A stretch of DNA of 62,777 nucleotides, counting the filler, from Rhabdomonas costata (lineage: Eukaryota): assembly GCA_019059605.1 (NCBI GenBank). It is 24 parts of 24 records of this genome, joined end to end, with 100 filler letters (N's around TTAATTAATTAA, not from the genome) between each part and the next. Parts side by side here need not be neighbours in the genome. Positions count along the whole stretch, not along the records: positions 23,588 to 26,107 come from JAHMHO010003030.1; positions 26,208 to 28,725 come from JAHMHO010003031.1; positions 28,826 to 31,344 come from JAHMHO010003032.1; positions 31,445 to 33,963 come from JAHMHO010003033.1; positions 34,064 to 36,581 come from JAHMHO010003034.1; 19 more parts are not named here. One strand, written 5' to 3'. Every line of letters starts with the position of its first letter. The first letter of the stretch is position 1. The translations under genes and the position numbers were made by a program. Shown in pieces: positions 23,595 through 35,405 of the stretch. Under the pieces are notes generated by a model. It was not told the DNA's origin. It did not search any database and saw nothing but the letters and a program-made list of their open reading frames with translations.

Positions 23595-24668
23595 GTGTCC
23601 AGCGCAGCAATAGCCTCCGCCACCATTGGCTGGGCCCTTTCAAGGTCCTCTTTGCAAACCCGCTCTTGTGCTTCGACAACACTAACAAGTTCATTCGTCT
23701 TTGCCTCCTCTGCAAGGGCAATGTTGTTCTGCTCCTCGACAAGGTTACGTTCCCGACCCATGTGCGCGAGAAGCTGGTCCGTAGCCTCCGCCTTCTCGTT
23801 CACAATTATCTGTTCCTGCTGCAGGTTGAGTTGCAGTCCCTTGACCTGCTCTCCAGCATCTTTGAGTTTCCTAATGCCTGCTTCCAGCCTCTCGGTGGTC
23901 TTCTTCACATCATTGCGCTTGTCCTGAAGTAGCGTTTTGTAGAGATCGATGAAGCCGAGAAAAGATTTTGGGGTGGAGTAGTTGTAGCGCCTTTCCTCAA
24001 GCAAGAGCTGTTGTGACGCGTCCTTTACGGTGGAGTGAACGAACGCCATGTGCTCAGCAATTGGTGCAACAAGCTCAGGGCTGTCCGTGAAGATTTTCGA
24101 CAGGAACCGCTCTGCCACTGAAACCAACGCTTGTTGTGGCCACGGGTGAAACCAGTCAATGACGGTACAGTTGGTAAACGCCGGGAATTTGCGGCACCAC
24201 TCTCGAAACTGCTCCCCCACGGGAGAGAAGCATAGACAAAGGTGGAGGTGACTCCTGACCTTGTTGATGAAGAAATCCCAGCACACGTCTTTGTTTCCAT
24301 ACTCAGGATGCCCCGAGGCTTTTACCTCGGAGACCATACTGTTCTCGATGGCATCGCGCTCGTCTGCCTGAAAAAGGTCCGGAATGAATCCAGACGAGAG
24401 CAGGTCGTTCAGGCAAACGAGCATTTTAGGGTCCGTAATCTGCGAATCCGTCAGAACAAAGCTAAACTTGTGTTCTTTCTGCCCGGATTTCTGATACAGC
24501 TGCTGCAGGTCCACACGGAACTCGCCGATGCCGTAGGACGAGTTCACCTGGATCTGGAAAACATCCAAGCCACATATATGAGAGGCCAGTCTGGCCAAAG
24601 ATTGCTTCCCGCTGCCTCCCACTCCGACCACGGGGAGGGAGGGCGTGGCCGCCGCGCTGACGGAGCTG
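23595..24668 (-). CDS. Axonemal dynein heavy chain fragment (AAA4 to stalk), outer-arm type
   Basis: VGVGGSGKQSLARLAS, LNDLLSSGFIPDLF, LHLCLCFSPVGEQFR, FPAFTNCTVIDWFHPWP, RYNYSTPKSFL, then a coiled-coil stalk. About 1 kb uninterrupted, with a 7-nt frame-breaking insert at 24632-24638. Confidence 0.95.
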
Positions 24669-24860
24669 ATCTCGGGAGTGACCAGCGCAGGGCCCCCCAA
24701 TGGTATGCAGCGGGTGGGGTGGGGCGCTTTTGGCTGGACTTGGCGCCATGGGTCTTTGTAGTTACTTTCTTTTTGTGGTATACGTGCATGCTTGCAGTGT
24801 GTATGGCGAAGACGAACACGCACTAGAAGCCAGAGGGTTGTGGATGGCGTGATGTAAAAC

Positions 24861-26030
24861 TACGGCATTTGGAAGTCTACAAAGAAGAAGTTCCGATTTA
24901 TTGCGGGAACAAGATCCAAACCCGCCCAGCACGCCAAAGAGCGCAACTACTGTCCACCTCGGCACCAGCTATTAGAAGCCCACAAGACCCTAGTTTGTCT
25001 GCTGCAGTCAGTGGAGAAAAACCTCAATAAAAATGACAAGCAGATCCAAGTAGATGATGGCATCAAAGAGTTTTGTGTGATAGACAGTGTTGGAGCATTC
25101 ACGCAAATGGTGAGAACCTCAAAGGATAAACTCCTTGGGCATGGTCAGAAGAAGGCGGACTTCTGCACCGTGTACACATAATTTACGTTTGCAACGATGA
25201 TAAACAAAGTCAAGGAATACATTCAGGAAGCCTTTGAGCACGAGCAGGCCGTGAACCGTCCACTGGAAGTCGACGATAAACCGCATCAGAAGCTCCGGTT
25301 GATCGCGTGCGGTTTTAATTTCTCTGGGAATGGCCTCAACGAGTAGCGTGTTGGTGACATTCTCGCGTACATTATTACTAACAACTACATGTACAACGGA
25401 GTCCTGGTACGCCGCCAAATTGTTGGAATTCCAATGGGTATGTCAGTCGCGCCTCAAATCGCCAACTTGGCTTTTTACCCAGTGGAAAGAAGCACGCCTA
25501 CAACCTAGGCCATGGAAGGTCGGATGCCGTCTCCCGGTACATCGAAGATCTGTACACGGCAGGTGTGCCTCTTCCAGCGCCGGAAGATTACGGCATTGAC
25601 TACAAGGTCACCGCAGAAGTGGACTCTGTGGTGTACCTTGGTGTCAACGTGTACGTCGACACCAAAACTGACTGGACAAAAGAAGTCCACACCACCGTCT
25701 ACAACCTGGAGGAGGCTTACCCCTACCATATCGTTCGGTACTTGGAACTCGGTACGGTGGCCAATCCTCAGCAGATCGTGGGCGTGTTTATGGGTTGTCT
25801 GGTGCACTGCTAAGAAACGTGTTTGCACATGAAAGATTTTAAAGACTCGACGGCCACCGCTTTTGGCAACGCCATATGGAGAGACTATACTCGGAGAATT
25901 GTTCAGTTGGTATGGAGTCGCTTCGTATTTTACCGGTGGCACTCAACAGACATTCGAATAAAGGAACTTTGAGCATGGTTCCACCGAGTATGGAAGTGGA
26001 TCCAGCAGTCTCAAGGAACAGGCCAACCCT
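24861..26030 (+). mobile_element. Penelope-like element reverse transcriptase, pseudogenised
   Basis: YGIWKSTKKKFRFIA, ADFCTVYT*, RQIVGIPMGMSVAPQIANLAFYPVE, then a frameshift, RYIEDL (25535-25552), SVVYLGVNV, TTVYNLEEAYPYHIVRY and GVFMGCL...ETC...KDF. Several stops. Confidence 0.88.
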
Positions 26031-28617
26031 AACCAAAGCGTCCATCACGGGCTATAGGCTCGGCTGTGGACAGAGGCTTCATCAGCGTTTTCTGGATTAG
26101 AGCTAGTNNNNNNNNNNNNNNNNNNNNNNNNNNNNNNNNNNNNNNNNNNNNTTAATTAATTAANNNNNNNNNNNNNNNNNNNNNNNNNNNNNNNNNNNNN
26201 NNNNNNNGGTTGGTTTGTACAGGGTGCTTTGTTTGCTCCGATTTCACTTGTTGATGCGCTTGGTTCAGAGGGAGTGAGGGCGCTTTTTTTTGCGTGCGAT
26301 GTGCAACAGAATGGTCGGTTGCCATGTTGCGCTTGGGTGCTGCACAGGCGTACAGCTTTCTTGGCACCTTCTACACTGGGTGCAATGCGGTAAGAAGCCT
26401 ACCCCCGTTTTTTTGTCTGGTCGTTGGACTTTTCAGGGGTGGATTAGGGAATGCGAAGCGTGGTTTCGAGCCCAGCCGGGTTTTCCACCACAGTTTGCTG
26501 CCTGTGCGTGCCTGCTGCTGATTGGCGGTGGTGCTCTTCTTCGGTGTGGTCTCAACTCATGCGTGTTTTTTTTTCTGGAAGGGACGTGGTTAACCACGGC
26601 CAATCGGAATTTAAGAATAGAAGTGGCTGCTCGCAACCGATTCTGTCTCTTTTTCTTTACTCTGGCCGTGAGTGTGTTTTTGCGGTGTTGTGCTGCGTAA
26701 CGATGGGGCGTTTACCAGACGACCATGGGTCGCCATGTTCTTCACCACCCCCACCGTATTAGGTTTCTCTTCTTGCCGCACTGAAAAATAGTCGCTTTCT
26801 TTGCAACCCCATTCGTTGCTGGTTGTTGTCTTCAGTCTTCCTGGGCCACTGAAGGGTTGGACATTTTTTCGAAGTACTTTGTTCACCCACCCGAGGCGGC
26901 AGGTGTGCAGTGGTCTTCATTCTGGGACTGGCCACGCGATAAGGGTTCCTGTCACCCGCTGAGTCACCTGGACCACAGCCGAGAGTTTGGAACGGTACGC
27001 TAATGTCTCATCATGATATCTTTTGAGTGATTTGGTGGATGGGGTTTTTGGCGCGTGGGCTTGTTGGGCGGTAACCGTTCTTTGGTATGGAAACACTGAG
27101 GGGATAGGAGGGGGTTGCTTTTTCCGGTACCTTGCGGGTGAGTGAGCGAATCAGTCTGTTAATGTGTTCCAGGGAATGTCTCCTTTAGCATGCAGGGTCC
27201 GGAGAGCAGTGATTTCCTGAGTTTTTGTTCACATTACCGGCGCGGAGACTGGCGAAACGCGAATGAGAGGTTTTTCGGCTTTGTGTTTAGCTTACAGCCC
27301 AGGCGAACATACAAGGCAAGGAGGATTTACGGAGGGGGATTGTGTTTTTAGGGTGGTCGTGTGGGCCCAAGAGGAAAGGGTGTGTGTATGGGATTGATTG
27401 GGATACCCGGAGTTTAGTCGCTGCGGTTGGCACGGCAGTCCGCTGCTCTGCCGTGCTCGTTATACTTTTTGTGCCTTTGCGCTTTGGGCTGATGTGGAAT
27501 GGGGCGATTACGAAAGGTGAACGGCGCAGTGAGAGGTGCGGTGTGTCCCGTCACCCCCACCTCACCTCCCACTTCAAAGCGGCAGCGTCGTGTAGTCGGC
27601 TCAGACTTAGACACTGGCATTTCTAAACCCCGGGAAGCGTTTTCATGATCAGGCTTCTCCGGGAGGGCTGGACCGCTTACCACGGCCAATGCGAGTGTAG
27701 GGGGGTGTCGACGTCAGCATTTGTGTGTGTGTTCTGTGCTTCTTTTTCCTTTTTTCTCCTTTTTTCCTCTCGTCTTTTTCTTTCGTTCTTTGGACCTCCG
27801 GGTGTGTTCATGCCGCGGGGAGAATCGATCTCATTCGTTGCGAAGCTCTGTAGGATGGCGCTTAGTTGTCTTGCAACGTTTCCTCATTTTTTCCTGCACT
27901 GCGAGGATGCCTTTTGTTGGCAACCCTTGGCTTACCTGCTTTTCCTGGAGCTGTCTTAATTTCGGGCGTGCTTTCCGCGGTGAAGCATTCGTAACACTTG
28001 AGCACGTGAGATGGGACCCTGCGCCGCCGCCGCCGGCGGATGGGGCAGTTGCGGCGTGTAGGGTTGTGCCATTCGCGATCCCCTGATGCGCTCGGACCTA
28101 ATAATGAAAAATGTCACGGTTCTTCTCATTTCGTCAGTTCGGAAGAACCTGGAAAGGATGGGAATGAATGGATAGGTCATTAATTCTCGCCAGTTGATGA
28201 CTTGCTGTCCTACTGCACCGGGCTCTCTTAGAGTGGTTCCCTTGTCGTAGAGGTCGATGACTGATGATTTGTGTCGCTCTGGGGAAGTGGCAGTTTTTGT
28301 TTTTGTTTTGCAAATGTTGTTTTGCCGGTTCCCGGGGGCAGCCCTTCCCACTTTCCTTTCGGCATCCTTTACGGCACAGTCCGTTAGAAGTCACCCCCGC
28401 GCTGTAGCCGTGCGGCACTTCAGCTCCCTTTTGGCTTGTTTTCCAAACTCTTCTTGTATGGTTAATTTATAAAAGCGTTTGGGAGCTTCCATTGCCCGGG
28501 CTCCTCTTCTCGGTAACCCGTATAGGTTTGTCTGTTTTTTCACTTGTACGTTCTTCTCATTTTCTTTCACAGCATGTTTTGTGTTGCTTTTTCTCTCTTC
28601 GGTTGCTCTTATTCTTT

Positions 28618-28720
28618 TTTAGAGTTTCTTCCAGCTCTCAAGACCCTCCCCATAAAACATGGAGCAATCGGGGCTCCATGTTTTATGGGGAGGGTCTTGA
28701 GAGCTGGAAGAAACTCTAAA
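28618..28720. repeat. Perfect hairpin with 48-bp arms and a 7-nt loop at the contig end
   Basis: 28618-28665 is the exact reverse complement of 28673-28720. Confidence 0.95.
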
Positions 28721-28873
28721 CCCCCNNNNNNNNNNNNNNNNNNNNNNNNNNNNNNNNNNNNNNNNNNNNTTAATTAATTAANNNNNNNNNNNNNNNNNNN
28801 NNNNNNNNNNNNNNNNNNNNNNNNNGTTTTGGAGGGTCCTGCGCCTATCTGTGTGTCTCTCCGGGTTTCCCAG

Positions 28874-28957
28874 GCCGCTCTGTGGGCATTGGAGCATACC
28901 TCAATCGCCTGGGTCGCCGAGTGGTGCAGACGAAGAACTCCCCGATCGTGCTCACCG
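28874..28957 (+). CDS. ACC: Acetyl-CoA carboxylase exon (CT N-terminal lobe), inverted relative to the rest of the gene
   Basis: cag|(G)RSVGIGAYLNRLGRRVVQTKNSPIVLT(G)|gt matches the ACC motif RxVGIGAYLxRLGxRxxQ...IILTG. Confidence 0.88.
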
Positions 28958-29461
28958 GTCTGATCCCCCAATCAAAACGCATATTAGGAGAGAGAAGAGA
29001 GAAATAAAAAAAGGTGAAAGAAAAAGCAGGAGGGGGAAGGGAGTCTTAAGACCAGTGAGTCCAAATTTCTCTGGGACCTGTAAGCAAGTGTCCTCCCATT
29101 GGCAGCAAAACCACCTTTGTCAGGACCTTTTCCTGAAGACAACTTTCCTTCAGCAGAGGACATAGTCATGGGTAAGAAAGAACAATGTATTGCTCGAACT
29201 ATTTGTTCCTGGCAACTTCCTTCCTTTTGAGCGTCTACGCGATCTACGCCGTCTAAGCCATAGAAATCGTAATGTTTCCACAGCATAGCGTTGGTTTCTC
29301 CTTCAGCCGACTACAGCTGTCAAACAGATCCTTCAGTTAAGAGGCATACTCTGAGGCCACCAATATTTAGGTCGGCGCAAAACAATGCGATCACTGCTTC
29401 GGCTTTCACTGGCAGTCTCTGCCCTGCCCGCAGGCCTGCACAGCAACAGAGCAGCGAACAC

Positions 29462-31344
29462 CTCCTCGTTGATCAGGGGGTCGATCACCACCCAGGCCCC
29501 GCCGCGAAGCTCTGCTAACGGGGGGAGGTACACGAACAGCGGGCTGTCGTACGACCGCAAACTGTCCACGATATCCGCGCCAAACTTGATCACCTCATCA
29601 AACATATCCCTTGTGCATGTGCGCATGCACACGCATATGGGCAGCAGAGAAAACACATGAGGACAGACAGAAAATAACCGCAATGTCCCTTCCGTTTTAT
29701 TTGCCTGGTCCTCATTGAAGCAGATGCAGGCTATTCACCCGGGGCCAACCTGGACTTCCAATACAACTACCCCTAAATGCAAATAGCGTTCACCTGGCGA
29801 ACTGTCGCCCATTGCTCCCACCCAAGATACCCACACACCGCATTCCACCGGAGAATCCCCTCCAGTTGGCCAAGATAAAGCAAGGCAAGCCCTCCTTCTG
29901 GAAATCCATCAGCGCGTCAGCGGTCTTCCTGCGTTGTTTGAGGCAAAAAAAGGTGAGGAATAGTCGATGACTCCTTCTGTTGAATTACAGAACTACAGAA
30001 AACAAAAGAAAGGGTGGGGGGCAACGAAATGGTGTTGCCAAGCACGACAAAAGGGGGAAAAGATCATGCGTTTCTGTTGGTTGAGAACCGCTGCCAGCAG
30101 ACACTCCGCCATAAAAAAAGCACTCAAACACGGGTGAAAGCAAAACCTTCCCCGACGCACAGTGCCAAATTGCAAGAGCAGTGGCACCTCCCTTATCCAG
30201 CGTCAAGCTACCAGTACGAAGAACAGGCGTCTTCCAACTGGTACAGAAATCTTTCCGAAAAGCAAATGACCAACAGGTAGGAGGTTGGTAGCTCTTGAAG
30301 TCAGCAGGACGGGGAATGGGAGAAAGGGCGAGGGGAAGGGGAAAGGGCACCTCGCGGAGTCGGGAAACCACACGTTGCCCGCCTGCGCGGTGACCAGGGC
30401 ACACGAGGAGGGGTCGGAGGGATCTGCAGGATGGACCCTCTCCTGGGGCCTCGACTCCACCGCAATGATGCCCACCCCAAAGCCCCCCAGGCGGGCCCGC
30501 CCGCACACCACTGAAAACAGCCGCACACCACTGAAAACAGCCGCACAAATTGGGCATGAGGATGCACTGGTGCACCACACGGACGACGAAGAACAAGCGT
30601 CGACGGGCGGCGTGAGCGGAGTACATACGCTGCTGAGAAAAAGGCATATTTCCATCGCAGAAGTGAGCATGAAAACACACAACACATACCAGTCTTCGCC
30701 CAAGCCTTGAGGCTCTCCACCCAGGAGTCCCGGTCAAACATCCCACTCTGCCACCGGCCCCTCACCACAGTCCCGGCGATCAGCAACCTAAGCACCGCAG
30801 CCCCCCCTCAGATTCCTCAGCCCACCATCTAGCGGATCTTGCTGTTTACCGAAATACAGAAAAGTGAGGGACGCAAAGAAAAATGGGACAAAGGCCGCAT
30901 CCGCAAAACCGGCATCAAGACCGAAAGAACTTTCTCCAACGTGCATGTGTATGGGCTTCCCTGCCCTGCAGCACAAATTTGGAGTTTGAACAGTAAGCAC
31001 TACCTGCGCGAAACGCCAAAAAAACAGAAAAGAAAACCATTAGGCAAGGCTTCCGTTTAGAGAACTATGGGAAACATAAAAACCGTTCACCGATCGAGTG
31101 TTCAGCATTTTAAGTCATCTTTCGAATGATCTTTCAGTGTGGAGACACCGCGGAACAACGCACAAACAAAAACAGAATGCGCTGTGAACGCTGTTGATAA
31201 ATTTACTCGTCGATAGAGCGGGTAAGCCCCTATGCCCAAACCCAACCTGGGGTCAACAGGCTGTCCTGGGTCAGGGCAGGCCTCGACGTCGCGATCCCAG
31301 GGGTCGGCCACCCTCTGCAGCACCTCGCGTGGGAACCCCAACAA
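29462..31344 (-). CDS. ACC: Acetyl-CoA carboxylase carboxyltransferase domain, partial. Exons ~31344-31247, 30787-30690, 30510-30351, 29928-29839, 29609-29462
   Basis: Spliced in frame: [113 protein letters not shown]. Confidence 0.96.
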
Positions 31345-32107
31345 NNNNNNNNNNNNNNNNNNNNNNNNNNNNNNNNNNNNNNNNNNNNTTAATTAATTAA
31401 NNNNNNNNNNNNNNNNNNNNNNNNNNNNNNNNNNNNNNNNNNNNGTTTTGGGGGGCTAGAACCAATAGGGAGAGGGCGAGGGAGAGGGTGAGCACCAAGC
31501 GACACGCCGTAACAGAGGCATCCGTCAGAGTTGAGCCTTCATTCCAAAGCGAGACCACTGTGACAGGCCGTGAATATGGATTCGACCCGACTTTCGGTGA
31601 CCGACAGTTGTTTCAGAACCAATGGTAACCCTTCGCACCTATTTCTGTGTGTGAGGTTGTGCTGTTGGATACCTTCCTATACCTGTGGCATAGCTAGTAA
31701 ATATGGACCATATTTGGCGCGGGGCGTTATGCCGTTGCAAACCGGTCGTTCCGCTCAAGTGAGCGAATGAAAGTGGTGACGGAGGAATAATTGGGGGAAA
31801 AAACCTCCTGGCTGTGCAAAAAGATCTGAAGGGTCTGAGCCGCCCTTGAATCTTGCCATTGTGCTCCTGCATCCCACTTGCACGCAACCGATGCCGCCCT
31901 GGTGGCAGCGGAGAACCGATGAACTCTCAAATACACTCTATGTATCTGAACTTGCCTTCCCACACCATCCACCACAATCCAACTTCTTGGGATTTTCGAA
32001 CTGCATGTCGACATTTTGCCTGATTAACGCAACTTGCTTTTCTCTTGGGCTGTGCCATGCAAAAAGGAAGCATTTGGCAATTGTTACGGTACTTCACCTC
32101 CTCCCTG

Positions 32108-32294
32108 AGGAGTCACGATACTGCACCCACCCCTCCGGCGAGGAGTGAAGGTGCACCTGCATCGTCAGCAAACCCGAGGCAAGTTGCTGAGCTCCCCCAG
32201 ACAGCCCATTCTAACCTAGCCATCGCAACCGAACCCCCTGACTCCCTCGACTCCCTGGAACTCCCTGGGGGGTGGGTGCAGTATCGTGACTCCT
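32108..32294. mobile_element. MITE-like element with 26-bp terminal inverted repeats
   Basis: AGGAGTCACGATACTGCACCCACCCC (32108-32133) has its exact reverse complement at 32269-32294. Internal ACTCCCT repeats. Looser complementarity continues into the flanks. Confidence 0.65.
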
Positions 32295-32366
32295 GGTGAC
32301 TCCTGGGGGAGAGGTGCACTATCGTGTGACAAGAACCAAGCATTCCTCCCCCTTAGTGCCGTTTAG

Positions 32367-33870
32367 CGGCGGCGGGAGTGAATGCGCCAACTTCTGGAAC
32401 CGTGCGGTCCTCTTCAAAGGAGGTGACCATCGTGCTGAAGGACTACGTCTACTCCCTTCCTACCAATGGAGTTTTGACTGAACCCGAAGAATTCTGCAAG
32501 CTGGGACCTTTTAAAAACCATACGTTGATCAACCAAAGCTTTACTCAGAGGTTTGCCCCTACCTGTTTGTGCTTTCTAGTCCCATGGTCCCTCCCTCTCT
32601 CTCTCTTTGCTCTTGTATTTCGCAATCTCGCAGTGTTACGCACACCTCCAGCCTCACCCTCGCGTGGTCCTTCAAGACTGGCGTTAAGGTTTGTCTGCGA
32701 GTGAATGGCCGTCTATAGCCAGCTGGCGTGATCTCTGTGTGGGTGCGCAATTGGAAGATTTTGGGAAACCAATGGCGCCAACGTTTGCCGAGCCTCCCTG
32801 CGCTCCCTCGTCATAGGTTGGCTTCATTATAGGGTGCGTCCGTGGGTCCGATTTTGTACTATGAGTTGCACGAAGCCAATGTAGGTGTGGGGTGTGTGGG
32901 TGGTACTACCGGAATGCCGCCTGACCTGCCCTAGCGGAGGCTGAACACTTGAGACCGTGTCACATCTGCTTTGGCATTTCGTGACGGAGCGTGCATTCGT
33001 GCGTGCGTGCATGTGTATATGGCTTCTTCATGGAAAAAGTTGAAAAAAGAATCGAGAAAGCATGACAGTCGTATGCCTTTTTTACTCCGCTCCTCCACTT
33101 ACTCCTGAGATCCCAAATTTTCTGCCACCACGATGACTGCAGGCAGCAGCCGTGCAAAGTCGCTGGCGGATTTCATTGTGTGATTGTGTGTTCTTTGTAT
33201 AATACTGTGCAACAGGTGGGAGAGGGACAATGGACCTCTGAGGGCGTGATAAAATGAAATGCAGAGCTGTTTTTTTTGCGCAGGAGGCGCCGCTGTACCA
33301 CCGGAGTTGCCTCACCCAATATACCTCACCATTGCATTCCAACCCACGGGGTTTTTTAGGGGGTTTCGGGGTTTCTCAGCCACAACCCATTCCACACGGA
33401 AGTTAGGTTTCACTTCTGAGGAGTCTCCTCACTGTCCTCGGCTCATGGTTTGGTTTAGTATCTCGTGATTTTGGAGCAGAGCCGTCTCCCTTTCGGGCTC
33501 ATCTCTGCAGATTGGCTTGAAGGTGATTAGCCTTGCCGGCACGACGTTCAGCCAGGCCAGATTGGAATACACGTTTGACGTCTCTGGAAGCGTCGCCTCC
33601 GAGTTCAAGACAAGCTCATCCACGACGGTAACGACGAAATGTGTGGTGGTGGTACCCGCGAATGAGTCTCTGACAGGCACCTTCATCATTTTCAAGAGAC
33701 GCTCTGAGGATGTCCCCTACACCGCGCAGAAGTTTCAGCGCATTGAGCACGTCAACGGCGCAGAGCCCGCGATGATTTTCTTGGGCACGGAGTCGGGCAT
33801 GTTTTCGGGAGTAGAGTGTCAGAGGACCAATGCGACCTGGGATAAGCCCATCCCACTTCCCACCGCGTGA
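32367..33870 (+). CDS. Aerolysin/ETX-MTX2 (natterin-like) beta pore-forming domain protein. Exons ~32367-32550, 32935-32998, 33511-33870; in-frame TGA at 32942-32944
   Basis: VLKDYVYSL..FKNHTLINQSFTQ; ETVSHLLWHF; Ser/Thr-rich alternating hairpin LEYTFDVSGSVASEFKTSSSTTVTT; VVVPAN; DVPYTA; GMFSGV. Confidence 0.7.
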
Positions 33871-34092
33871 ACCAAATGCACTCTCCCATTTACAGCTGGA
33901 GGTGCGGCTGATACTGCGAGCGTTCACGGGGAGTGAGAGGAGGTCCTCAAAAAACAAAATCGGNNNNNNNNNNNNNNNNNNNNNNNNNNNNNNNNNNNNN
34001 NNNNNNNTTAATTAATTAANNNNNNNNNNNNNNNNNNNNNNNNNNNNNNNNNNNNNNNNNNNNGTGTGGGGGGGTGGGCTCAAAAAAGAAGC

Positions 34093-35405
34093 TCAGGACT
34101 CCTCCGCGTCCACCTGCTGTTGCTGCTGATAACTGTCGAGTGCACGGTCAAGATCCTCCTTTGAGGAGGGCGGCACCTTGTCCTCTCGTGTGACTCCTGT
34201 GCGCACAGTTGCAGGCGTATGTGTGGCACCCCAATGTAGCCCAATAGAAAAGCAGAAAATCCAGCGCATCACGAAACATAAAGAGAAAGAATTACACCAT
34301 GTCCAAAAAAACGAGAGCCCCTGACCTCTGATGCACACCAGAGCCAAAGTGTGACTGAAATGATGGGGTGTTTCACCTTTATAATCTAATCTCAGCTTTG
34401 AATAAGCTTTGAATAATAATAACCCTGTCGCTCCGTTCACTCCGATTCTCCCTGTATGAATATGTGTTTTCGCAACCTGCGCTGCCGGGGCGTTGCGCTC
34501 GCCGGATTACCACATGATGACGGGGGACCCTGAAAACCACGAAACAATGGCGTAGAAAGCTAAAATTCAGGGTTCCTGCTTCTTCAGCACCACAATTCAG
34601 GACAGAGGCTTTCCCTATATTTACCCACCCACCAAAGGCGATGGGATGCACCTGCCCTGGATGGGTGGGTTTACCACCGACCTCACCTAGCACGTTGCAC
34701 TGTACCCTGAAAAATACATTGAAGGATGCGAGTTTGGAGAGGAAGGTGGACATGCGCGGACCTGCCCGCCAAGTCGGACCCACTTAGCCCATTGCGTGCC
34801 TGCGAGATCGCCCCCCACCCACCCACACACGCACGCACAGGCACAACATTCATACGATACAGGCGTCAGCCAATTCATCATCAGAAAACTCATATCGGAC
34901 ATGAAGGATTCACAGACGTACAGTTACCGTTGTTACGCGGCATACTGTCACCTGGTATGCAGTTATATCGCGCTGTGACAACGTCGTCGCGCAGGCGCAG
35001 GGTAAGGTAATCTGTATGAAAAAGGTCTTTAACTTAAACCATATCACGTTGTTGTACTGCATTGCATGGTTAAACGGCAACGACAGCGTAATTCTGCTAA
35101 AAAAAACTAGGGTCGGAAAAACAAAGGTTTTTCGAAACCAAAAATTCACAAGACGGCATCACTTCTTTACTTCTTCAATGGATTAGGTGGGCCTTCATAA
35201 CATAATATCACATCTTGACCTTCTGGCACATTCTTTTGCCATGTTATCACACGCTTCAAACGCCACAATGGGCTCTCCCCTCCTCTTGATCGTGGCAACC
35301 CGGGTCACCTGCTGCACCATCCGGTCTCGGTGAGTCGCCTGCAGGGTGTGCCCCTGGGACACCCGCTGCCGGTTCCACATCATCTGGTTCTTCACCGAAA
35401 GTCTC
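34093..35405 (-). CDS. 3' exons of an unidentified gene (35405-35309, ~34706-34687, 34196-34093); frame uncertain
   Basis: GC-rich blocks bounded by AG/GT. One frame of the last exon reads SKEDLDRALDSY, resembling the ALYREF/CHTOP UAP56-binding motif, but it does not join the 35.3-kb exon without a stop. Confidence 0.35.

Noticed and set aside
26208-28600. Numerous short ORFs in this contig
   Set aside because: No recognisable motifs or exon structure; T-rich noncoding sequence.
28900-28908. 9-nt ACC microexon (cag|GCGATTGAG|gtatgc, 'AIE') on the minus strand
   Set aside because: It lies within a clear plus-strand ACC exon, so it is most likely coincidental.
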